This document shows positions 39,471-48,300 of a stretch of DNA of 60,172 bases, in pieces. The notes below the pieces were generated by a model that worked only from the letters and a program-made list of their open reading frames with translations, was not told the origin of the DNA and searched no databases. Where the stretch lies: contig CALKYK010000517.1 of the NCBI GenBank assembly GCA_938003715.1, positions 1 to 60,172 on the forward strand, in the 5' to 3' direction. The number at the start of each line of letters is the position of its first letter. The first letter of the stretch is position 1. The translations under genes and the position numbers were made by a program. The stretch comes from an uncultured Gammaproteobacteria bacterium (lineage in GTDB: Bacteria > Pseudomonadota > Gammaproteobacteria > Steroidobacterales > Woeseiaceae).

Positions 39471-40998
39471 TCAAAGCGGGTCGATTTCGTCCAGGTCGGC
39501 GGTCATCAACACGCCGGTCAGCTCCGTCATCGTGAGCGCCTGGTTCCGGAACAGCTCTCTGTTCCAGCGCTCGATGCCGGCGGCGGTGGACCAGTAGTGC
39601 CCGAGAAAGCCGCGTCTCGCAGTTCACGTTGTCGTCCTTGCCGAGCGTCACCACGCCGACGCCCCACCACACCTGTTGAAGACCGCCGTTGATCCCCGGC
39701 CGCTCGGGTGCGACGACCTGCACGCGTTCCCAGCCGTAGCGTTTCGCGGCTGCGATCGCCGCGTCGATCAGGACCGGGTTGTTTCGTGACCAGAGATAGG
39801 ACTGCTCGGCCAGCCCGACCGGTTCGACCCTGCCGTCGACCTCCCGGTAGTCCATTTCACCCAGGTGCTCTGCCTGAACGACCGCGACGAGCGGCGCTTT
39901 GGCCTCCGGGTTCCGGTGCAGCCAGCTGACATCGGTCGCCGCGCCTTCCATGCCCGGGTAGTAATGCCGGTTGTCCAGGAACACGGTCAGCGTGCGAGGC
40001 CGGTGTTGCTGCGGGATATGGGAGAAATACTTGACGATCGCGAGCAGGCCGAGCGCGCCGTTGTCCTGCGTGATCGACGGGCCGTCGGTGTGGTTGATGA
40101 GCAGGATCTGCTCGTCTTCGGGCGTACCGTAATTGCGCCCGGGGAGATACGCGATCGTCTGGTAAGCCTCGGCTTCCTCGATCGTCGCTTTCAGGGTCAG
40201 GGTCGCGGTCCTGCCGGACATCGCGTCCTCGATAACCTTGTCGCCGTCTTCGCGGCTCAGGATCACGCCCGGCGACTCGTGCAGCGGCGGCACGCCAAAC
40301 GTGTACAGGCCCTCGGTCCGTTCGAACGCCATGTCGTAGACGATGACGTGGCCCGCCGCCTTGCCGTCGACCGCGATCTGCCACAGCCGCTGGTTCAGCT
40401 GCCACCAGATGTCGAACGTGAAACTGAATTCCGGCGGCACGTATTCGTAGAGGTCCCAGTACGTATCGTCGTTCGCCCGCCACTCGTAGTCGTTGAACGT
40501 GTAGTTCCGGATGTAGTTGTCGTCGTAGGGCGGCAGCGGGTGGGGCCGGGTCGGGATCACGACGATCTGTCCCTCGATGGAGTCGGGCGGATCGTCGTGA
40601 TCGTAGTAGACGAGCTCCGCCGTAATGCCGTTGTTGGCCGACACGCCCGAGTTTGCCGCGTAGTGCGCGACCCGCACCGGTTCGCCGTCTGAAACCAGCG
40701 TCCAGGACTTCGGGTCGTCGCCCGTGTCCCAGCGCTCGAAGGTCCATGCATTGCGTTGCAGGTCGACGACGCCGTATTCCAGCAGTTTTTCCTCCAGGAA
40801 CCGCACGTAATTGTTCCATTCGGGGCTGCCGGTGATCGCCGGCAGGTTCGCGTCCTTGACCCGTGCCCATTCGTTAGCTTCTTCCGCCGTGACGGTCCAC
40901 GCCGGGTCGAGGTTCGTGAAACGGTCGGCGTAGGGATTGCCGGAATCGCTGCAGGCCGTGAGGACCGCGGCGACCGCGACGATTGCGGTCTTGTTCAT
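39471..40998 (-). pseudogene. Hypothetical lipoprotein gene with a frameshift near its 3' end
   Basis: Lipobox LTAC at the N-terminus. Protein-like sequence runs to ...GVVTLGKDDNVNCE at about 39616. That frame then becomes Arg-rich nonsense and runs into the next gene. A second frame reads RGFLGHYWSTAAGIERWNRELFRNQALTMTELTGVLMTADLDEIDPL then TGA at 39471-39473. Confidence 0.65.
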
Positions 40999-41009
40999 TT
41001 TGTTGTCCC

Positions 41010-42158
41010 TCAGGCCGTGAGGTCGGGCGTGTTGCCGGGTGCGAGCTCCGCTTGCGGCGCTGTGCGATAGGTTTTCGGTTTTTTTCTCAGTATCCGGTAA
41101 ATCTCTTTAAAAGGTGTCACCAGGTTGTCACGCAGGGTCGTGTACTCGGCCTGGTCCTTCGCCTGCAGCCCCCACGGCGTCGCCTCGTCTTTTTCCGCGA
41201 TGTAGATCGTGCCCATCATCCGGTCCCAGATGCTGGTGACGAGCCCCAGGTTCGTGTCCCAGTGTTTTTCGAGATAGCTGTGATGCGTGTGGTGCATGCC
41301 CGGGCTTTGCAACCACAGCTCCAGCCAGCGCGGGTAGCGGAACGAGACGTGGTAGTGGCGGAAGTTGCCGTTCAGCGCGTACAGCACCGAGAAGATGCCG
41401 ACGTTCAGAATCGTGATTTGCGTGATGTTGCCGTTGAACACCCAGGCGAAGATGCCGCCGGACAGCGACAGGCCGACCGCCGGGCCCAGCGCCCAGATCC
41501 AGCCGGCGATGAAGTGTTCGCGCGGGCGCGTCCACGGAGTCAGCACCTGCGCCGAGTGATGCACCTTGTGGATCGCCCAGCCGATCTCGGTCTTGTGCAT
41601 CATGTAGTGGGTCCAGTAGAAGATCATGTCGACAATAAGGATCGACACCAGGCCGTAAAAGAGCCGCCACGGGATCGTCGGATCCAGGTTCGGGCTGGCG
41701 CCGAACGCCGCCTGCATGAACGCGATCGTATTCGTCTCGACGAACGGCGCGACGGCGCCCAGGAACAGCACGAACCAGATCGGCATCATCGCGCGGTCGA
41801 GGATCAGCAGGCCGATGTCGACGCGCGCCGACTGGTGCTTGTATATCGCTTTCGGCGCGATGTAGTCGAATACGTTTTTCGCCTGCATCTCCGCACCGTC
41901 GGGACCCTTCGCTCCGCGGCCCTTGCGGAAGTAGTAGAAGCCCGCGGCCATCAGCGCGGTGAGCGTAAGCAGTTCCCAGGACAGGGACGAGAACGGCGAG
42001 CCGGGCAGCAGCGCATCCCAGACCGCTTCCGCGACCTGGTTCGCCATGTCGGAAAACGGCCCGAGAATTTCCTCGGACTTCTCCCTGACGCCCGATTCCT
42101 CGAGGAACCTTTTGACGTCCTCCTTGAAAGGGCTTTCCGGTGATATCACGTCCGCCAT
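41010..42158 (-). CDS. Fatty acid hydroxylase / sterol desaturase superfamily membrane protein
   Basis: 382 aa. His boxes WTHYMMH, HKVHHS and HHTHHS, with several TM helices. Confidence 0.85.
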   Translation of the reverse strand: MADVISPESPFKEDVKRFLEESGVREKSEEILGPFSDMANQVAEAVWDALLPGSPFSSLSWELLTLTALMAAGFYYFRKGRGAKGPDGAEMQAKNVFDYIAPKAIYKHQSARVDIGLLILDRAMMPIWFVLFLGAVAPFVETNTIAFMQAAFGASPNLDPTIPWRLFYGLVSILIVDMIFYWTHYMMHKTEIGWAIHKVHHSAQVLTPWTRPREHFIAGWIWALGPAVGLSLSGGIFAWVFNGNITQITILNVGIFSVLYALNGNFRHYHVSFRYPRWLELWLQSPGMHHTHHSYLEKHWDTNLGLVTSIWDRMMGTIYIAEKDEATPWGLQAKDQAEYTTLRDNLVTPFKEIYRILRKKPKTYRTAPQAELAPGNTPDLTA

Positions 42159-42248
42159 CGTTCGGCGCTCGCAAGAATTGTTGCCGTCGCAATGATGTAC
42201 ACCAGGCCCGCAACCCGGTCAATCGGCGCCGCGGTAAGGCGTTGTTTC

Positions 42249-43013
42249 CTACTGGCGAAAGCCCGGGTCGAGGCGCTCCGCGAGACGCAGGAGTGCCGGC
42301 CACTCGTAGCGACCGTGCGCGAATGCCTCCGACTGTTTCGCCGCGCGCTCGCAGACCTCGGCCGGCGGCAGGTTCAATGCGCGGCCGGTCGCCAGTGCCC
42401 TGAGCTGCACGTCGCAGGCGCGCTCGAGGTAATAAAAGCCCATGAACGCCTCGCCGACGGTCGCGCCGCAGGTCAGGAGGCCGTGATTGCGCAGGATCAT
42501 CGCGTTGCGGTCGCCGAGGCTTGCTGCGAGCCGCTTGCGCTCGTCGGTGTCGACGGACAGGCCCTCGAAAGGATGACTCGCGACCCGGTTGAAGAACGGC
42601 ATCGCGTCGATCACGGTCGGCAGCAAGCCCTCCTCCAGCGCCGCGACCGCCATGCCGGCGTCGGTGTGCACGTGCATGATGCAGTGCACGTCCGGACGCG
42701 CGGCGTGAATCGCGCTGTGGATGACGAAGCCGGTGCGATTGACCGGCTCTTCCGTTTCGGCATTGCCCGGGTCGATCACGTTGCCGTCGATGTCGACCGT
42801 GACCAGGTTCGACGCCGTTACCTCGTCGAAGCACAACCCGAAGCGGTTGATCAGGAACCGCCCCGTCCCCGGCACCTTGGCGGTGATGTGCCCCCAGACG
42901 ATGTCGGAGAAGCCGAAGTGATCGGCGATGCGGTAGCAGGCGGCGAGTTCGACCCGCGCCTGCCATTCGGCTTCGGTGTAACGTGCCTTGCCGGTTTCGC
43001 CCCGCAGTGCCAT
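42249..43013 (-). CDS. Class II aldolase / adducin-family protein
   Basis: 254 aa. GHITAKVPG, IHSAIH and HVHT metal-ligand pattern. Confidence 0.85.
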   Translation of the reverse strand: MALRGETGKARYTEAEWQARVELAACYRIADHFGFSDIVWGHITAKVPGTGRFLINRFGLCFDEVTASNLVTVDIDGNVIDPGNAETEEPVNRTGFVIHSAIHAARPDVHCIMHVHTDAGMAVAALEEGLLPTVIDAMPFFNRVASHPFEGLSVDTDERKRLAASLGDRNAMILRNHGLLTCGATVGEAFMGFYYLERACDVQLRALATGRALNLPPAEVCERAAKQSEAFAHGRYEWPALLRLAERLDPGFRQ

Positions 43014-43177
43014 TGCCTCGTCCTGTCGCTTTCGGCGCCCGGCCGCATTTCATAACCTGCGACGCGGCGCGCGGGTAAATGCATCCCGTGCACAAATGGT
43101 ACAAACTTGAACCCGTCGCGGCCACGGCTCCAAGCCCGCCCGACGATCTCGGCAATACCGACAGGGGGTGTGACGAC

Positions 43178-44722
43178 ATGGCGCGACGTTCCGGCGGACG
43201 GCAGGCACGTCATGCCCTGCGCAGCGCCCCGCTCAGCGAGGAGATCAAGCCGGTACACCCCGGCGAACGGGGCGGCCGCTACCGGCCGCTGACCGACGGC
43301 GACATCGCCGCGATCGACGCCAACGTGTTTCGCATCCTGGGAGAGGTCGGCTTCAACGACGCGACGCCGCATTGCATTGAGACCTGCACCGCCGCCGGCG
43401 CCGTGCTCGGCGACGACGGCAGGCTGCGCATGCCGCGCGCGATCGTCGAGAAGGCAATCGCGACCGCGGATCACAACCTCACGTTATACGCGCAGGATCC
43501 GAAGTACGACCTCGACCTGTCCGGTTCACGCGTGCACTTCTCGACGGCGGGCGCGGCCGTCATGATCGCCGACACCGCGACGAACTCGTACCGCGAATCG
43601 ACCGCGAAGGACCTGTACGAGATGGCGCGCATCGCGAGCGCCTGCGAACACATCCACATGTTCCAGCGCACCTGCGTTTTGCGCGACATCGAAGACAACT
43701 ACGAGATGGACCTCAACACGACCTACTGCTGCGTCGCCGGCACGACGAAGCACGTCGGTGCGAGCTGGACGCATTACACGCACCTCGAGAAGACGCTGGA
43801 AATGCTGCACGTGATCGCCGGCGGTGAAGACGCCTGGCGGGCACGCCCGTTCGTCAGCCAGTCGAACTGCTTCGTCGTGCCGCCAATGAAGTTCGCGCAG
43901 GACGCGCTCGAGTGCCTGCGCGTGGCGGTCGAAGGCGGCATGCCGGTACTGCTGTTGTCCGCGGGCCAGGCGGGTGCCACGACGCCCGCATGCCTGGCCG
44001 GCACCGTGTCGCAGGCCTGGGCGGAATGCCTGGGCGGACTCGTCTACGTGCAGGCGATCAAGCCCGGCGCGCCGGCGATACTCGGCGCCTGGCCGTTCGT
44101 CTCGGATTTACGCACCGGCGCGATGAGCGGTGGCTCGCCCGAGCAGGGGCTGATCTCGTCCGCCTGCGCGCAGATGGGCCTGCACTACGACCTGCCGTTC
44201 GGCACCGCTTGCGGCATGACCGATTCCAAGATGCCCGACTACCAGGCCGGCGCGGAACGCGCGCTGACGCTGGTCGGCCCCGCGCTGGCCGGCGCCAACC
44301 TGATCTACGAGTCGGCGGGCATGTACGCGAGCCTGCTCGGCACCTGCCCGGAAAGCCTGCTGATGGACAACGACGTGCTCGGCGCGACGCTCCGGATGAC
44401 GCGCGGCATCGAGGTGAACGAGGAAACGCTCAGCTTCGACAACATCAAGGAAGTGTGCGAACGGGGCGAAGGGCATTACCTGGGATCGGACCGCACGCTG
44501 AAAGTGATGCAGAGCGAGTACATCTACCCCGAGTTCAGCGACCGCACCAGCCCCACCGTCTGGGCCGACGCCGGCAAGCCCGTGATGCTCGAGCTTGCCA
44601 AGCTGAAACGCGACGAGTTACTCGCAGCACCGCACCCGAAACACATCAGCGACGAAGTCGACGCCGAGGTGCGCAAGCGATTCCCGATCCGCCTGGCGGC
44701 GGAGGCCGCAGGGCGAAGTTAG
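43178..44722 (+). CDS. Trimethylamine methyltransferase (MttB) superfamily protein, non-pyrrolysine type (quaternary-amine methyltransferase candidate)
   Basis: ATG at 43178 after AGGGGG. 514 aa with no internal TAG. N-terminal RRSGGRQARHALR...PL.D.DI..ID.....ILGEVGF and overall length match MttB-family proteins. Confidence 0.8.
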   Translation: MARRSGGRQARHALRSAPLSEEIKPVHPGERGGRYRPLTDGDIAAIDANVFRILGEVGFNDATPHCIETCTAAGAVLGDDGRLRMPRAIVEKAIATADHNLTLYAQDPKYDLDLSGSRVHFSTAGAAVMIADTATNSYRESTAKDLYEMARIASACEHIHMFQRTCVLRDIEDNYEMDLNTTYCCVAGTTKHVGASWTHYTHLEKTLEMLHVIAGGEDAWRARPFVSQSNCFVVPPMKFAQDALECLRVAVEGGMPVLLLSAGQAGATTPACLAGTVSQAWAECLGGLVYVQAIKPGAPAILGAWPFVSDLRTGAMSGGSPEQGLISSACAQMGLHYDLPFGTACGMTDSKMPDYQAGAERALTLVGPALAGANLIYESAGMYASLLGTCPESLLMDNDVLGATLRMTRGIEVNEETLSFDNIKEVCERGEGHYLGSDRTLKVMQSEYIYPEFSDRTSPTVWADAGKPVMLELAKLKRDELLAAPHPKHISDEVDAEVRKRFPIRLAAEAAGRS

Positions 44723-44777
44723 GCAGTCGCCCGCATTCCTATCCCCTCGTGATTGCGCGCCCTCGTCCCCACCCCCT

Positions 44778-44854
44778 GTCATTGCGAGCGAAGCGAAGCA
44801 ATCCACAAACGCCGCATGGTTTGCCGCGTCGGCCTTCGGCCTCCTCGCAATGAC
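44778..44854. repeat. REP-like palindromic element, copy 1
   Basis: Terminal 11-bp inverted repeat GTCATTGCGAG (44778-44788) / CTCGCAATGAC (44844-44854) with imperfect internal pairing. It is the widespread element whose spurious translations read ...CFASLAMT / ...PRND..., as seen in track ORFs 44618-44884(-) and 44753-44935(+). Confidence 0.7.
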
Positions 44855-45024
44855 CGGATCGCTTGGCCGACGACACGCCGTCACGCGCCGACCGATTCAA
44901 TTGCGACCGTACGTACTCGATATACCCGAATTTGAAAGTCGACTTTTTGCGCAAATAGGCTGGATTCAGTTTTCCAGGCACAAAAAATTGGCCAAAAGGT
45001 CTGTCACTATTGAGACGAAAGTGA

Positions 45025-45060
45025 CAAAAAAATGTCGATTCTTCGGAGAGAAATCGACAT
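45025..45060 (-). terminator. Terminator-like hairpin oriented on the minus strand in the AT-rich rhs leader
   Basis: ATGTCGATT (45032-45040) / AATCGACAT (45052-45060) form a perfect 9-bp stem with an 11-nt loop. On the minus strand the stem is followed by 7 T (plus-strand A-run 45026-45031). The stem is weak (3 GC pairs). Confidence 0.3.
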
Positions 45061-45325
45061 GTTGAATCTGATCGGCAACAGATCACTTTAGTCACATTCC
45101 GCTGCGAACGAAAATTCGCATTCGGATTCATGTTTCCGAGATCCGATAAACAGACAGTTACTCCGCAGTCGCTGGAAAGCATCTTAAGTTTTGGTTATCG
45201 GTTCGCGCGAATCGGACCGTAAAAAAACTGGAACGATTTGCCCAACTTGAATCTGTGCTTTCTTGACCAGACAAAGCCAATCGACTACCCCTGTCCATAG
45301 TCACATATGCGATTGGGTTATATCG

Positions 45326-48300
45326 ATGGACAGAACAAGTTGGGGCTGGCCGTTTGCTGACCGGAGTCGAGCGTCGGACATCGGCTCGCAAAAGAAGCGA
45401 TTTCAAAATCGACTTTCGTTTTTCCTTTCCGCGCTGATTTTGCCGGGCGTTACGTTCGGTCAAAGCAGCGTCGGCATCGAATACGATCACCTGACCCGCC
45501 AGGGCGTCGATGAACGCCTGCAGTCGGACGGTGCAGACCTGCTGGGCGACCAGATCGACCTCAATACTGGGTCCGTCGTCTTCTCGCACACCGACGTATC
45601 CATTCCCGGAAACTTCGATCTCGAGGTGGCGATTCGACGCACGCGGTCGCTGGGAGAGCGGTACGTCAATGACCACGATTTTGCGGACTGGGAATTGCTG
45701 GTCCCGCGTATTACGACAATCGTCGCGCAGCCGAGGTTCAGCGGCAATCTCGAACCGGCGGACTGGAAGACGAATAACGACCGATGCAATTCGGTCAACG
45801 TACTGGGCCCTGTCACAATCTCCGAAGACCCCTACTGGGTGCCTAATATCTTCGATCCTCGTGAAGACACGCCGGACATGTATATCGTCGAGGATTACGA
45901 GTACTCCAACGGCGTTCTCCTTGAGATTCCCGGGCAGGGATCGCGCCAGATACTCGACATCGGCCCGCAAAACCAGTGGCCCGACGACCCGGGCAATCCG
46001 ACGACGAAGGTTACAACGGACAACTGGTATTTCACGTGTATCGACGAAACCGACCCCGAGGCACCCACGGCGGGTGGTGAAGGATTTGTCGGGACTGCTC
46101 CGAACGGAGACAAATTCACGTTCAACAAACTGATCTACCGAACGACGCCGAAGATGAACGTGGCCAACACGTATCTCGAGCGAAGCACGGCAATCATGCT
46201 CGCGACGAAGGTCGTGGATGTCGATGGCAATGAGGTTACCTATTCGTATCTAGCGAACGGCAGCCTCGACAGCATCGCCTCGAGCGACGGCCGAACAATC
46301 GATGTCGAGTACACGAATGGCCTGATCAGCAAAGTCATCGCAAACCAGGGCTCTCCCGACGAACGCGAATGGGACTACGCGTACAACAGCGGGCCCAGTA
46401 TCGCAACGACTCTGCAGACGGTGACGTTGCCCGATTCCCGCCAATGGACATTCGACCTGAATCAAATGGACGTTATGGCGGACCCGAAATACGACTGCAC
46501 CAAGGCTCCGTATACGGTTTCATTGACGCATCCAAACGGTGCCACAGGCAGTTTCACCTTTTCCGAGACACGCCACCTCAAAGGCAACACCAACGGCAAG
46601 GATGCAACTTCGCTAAGTTGCTTGGGCGGCCCCAAGATCGAGCAGCCTTACTTCGATGCCATGTCGCTCACGCAAAAGACACTTTCAGGCACGAACTATC
46701 CCGATGCAACCTGGACGTACACCTATTCCGGCTATACCGGCGGCACCGTACCGAGCATCAAGTGGACGGAAATGATCGATCCGCTGGGCCACAAGACCCG
46801 CCAGGAGTTCGATCGCGGATCGAGTTTCGAAGGCATGATGCTGAAGAACGAGCGCTTCGAAACCTCGGGCAGTGGCAGCCCATCGCAAACAATAGACCAG
46901 ACGTACCTGATCGAAAGCAGCGTCGGCTCGACCTTTTTGCAGAACACGAACCAGGACAAGCTGCACAAGCCCCGTCGCGAGGATACGACCACGAACACCC
47001 GCGGCACCGATGTGCACACCACGGTGATCGAGTACAACACGACGCAGTCCTCGACCGATTACAGCCATGGCTTTCCGACGAAGATTACGCGGTCAAACAA
47101 TTACTCGGGCATGCCGGCACGCTACGTGGACCGCACCTACGCCCACGATCGCGACGACTGGGTACTCGGACTGGTCGCTACCCTGAGTCGCAACGGGTAA
47201 CTTTTCGATACGCTCGTCTACGATTCCGTCGGACACCTTACCGAGCATCACCGCTTCGGCAGCCTTTTCCGCAAGGCCGGTTACCATGTGACAAGCGGCC
47301 AGAAGGGCGCACTCGCCTGGGTCGAGGATGCGCTTGCGATGCCACGGCGCATCAGCTTCGACAACTACAAACGCGGCCTGCCCGAGCTCATCACCCGCGC
47401 GGACCAATCGACACTGTCGCGCGTCGTCGACGACAACGGCTGGGTCACTTCCGAAACCGACGGCAACGGCGTCACCGTTACCTACGACTACACCGACGCA
47501 GGCTGGCTCAAGACCATCGACCGGCCGAGCGTGCCGGACGCCTGGTCCGATACGACGATCACGTATTCGTCGCTCGGCAACGGAATCGTGCAAACGTCCA
47601 CCCGCGGTACAACCAAGGTAACGACATCGTATGACAGCCTGGCCCGGCCATATCTCGTCAAAACGGAGCCGACGAACGGCGACGGTACGACCAGCTATGT
47701 CGCCACTGACTATGACGCGCTCAGCCAGGTAATCTTTACTTCGTTTCCTGTCGAGTCGCTGCCGCCTCCTCCCACTCCGCTTGACGGAACGTTCACAACC
47801 TACGATTCCCTGGGACGAAAGCTGGTCGAAACAGAAAACGTGGCTCCAAATGCGACCACAAGTTACGTTTACGAAGCCAACCATCGAACAAAGGTAACGG
47901 ATCCCGAGAACAGGATCACATATCACGACTTCCACGCGTTCGGCGACCCCGACGATGCCGAGCTGCATCACATCTACCAGCCGCACAACGGGTCGGCCAT
48001 CAGCACCTGGATGTACCGCAACGATTACGGGCAGACCACGCGCATCCGGCAGCACGGCTTCCATGGCACCGAAGAGCTGGACTATTCGCACTACTTCTAC
48101 ATGGATGCGCAGGAGCGAGTCTGCCGCATGTCGACGCCTGAAGGCGGGCACACCGTTTACCAGTACAACGCCGCCTACGAGATGATCGCCTATGCCAAGG
48201 GTGTCGACGGCAGTACGACGAGCTGCGTAACGCCTGCCGGAAGCAGCAGAGTCGCGCTGGAATACGACGACCTGGGCCGGCTCGAAAAAACGCTGTTCGA

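Noticed and set aside
37822-40998. 1058-aa ORF read as a natural lipoprotein-D-aminoacylase fusion protein
   Set aside because: The roughly 60 residues joining the two halves are Arg-rich nonsense. The second half has its own ATG and lipoprotein signal at 39459. An alternative frame supplies a proper C-terminus and stop for the first gene. I interpret this as two genes plus a frameshift.
44739-45182. Small ORFs in the AT-rich rhs leader (44739-45182 minus, 44850-45065 plus)
   Set aside because: Part of each ORF is simply a translation of the REP element (…RFARNDRGW…, …). The rest is Cys/Phe/Ser-rich with no RBS, so they are unlikely to be genes.
45158-45970. 270-aa minus-strand ORF overlapping the rhs 5' region; also 47093-48712(-) and 50083-50538(-)
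   Set aside because: These ORFs are antisense to the YD-repeat gene and the immunity candidate. They have no start context and no motifs, and their sequences look like frame shadows.
25056-47200. Stop-codon reassignment or pyrrolysine/selenocysteine-type recoding as the explanation for the in-frame TAG and TAA
   Set aside because: TAG and TAA are both used as ordinary terminators of well-supported genes in this window: TAG ends the mttB-like gene at 44720-44722 and the ORF at 51218-51220, and TAA ends rhs and the PhoA-like gene. The mttB-like gene has no internal TAG and no Pyl machinery is visible.
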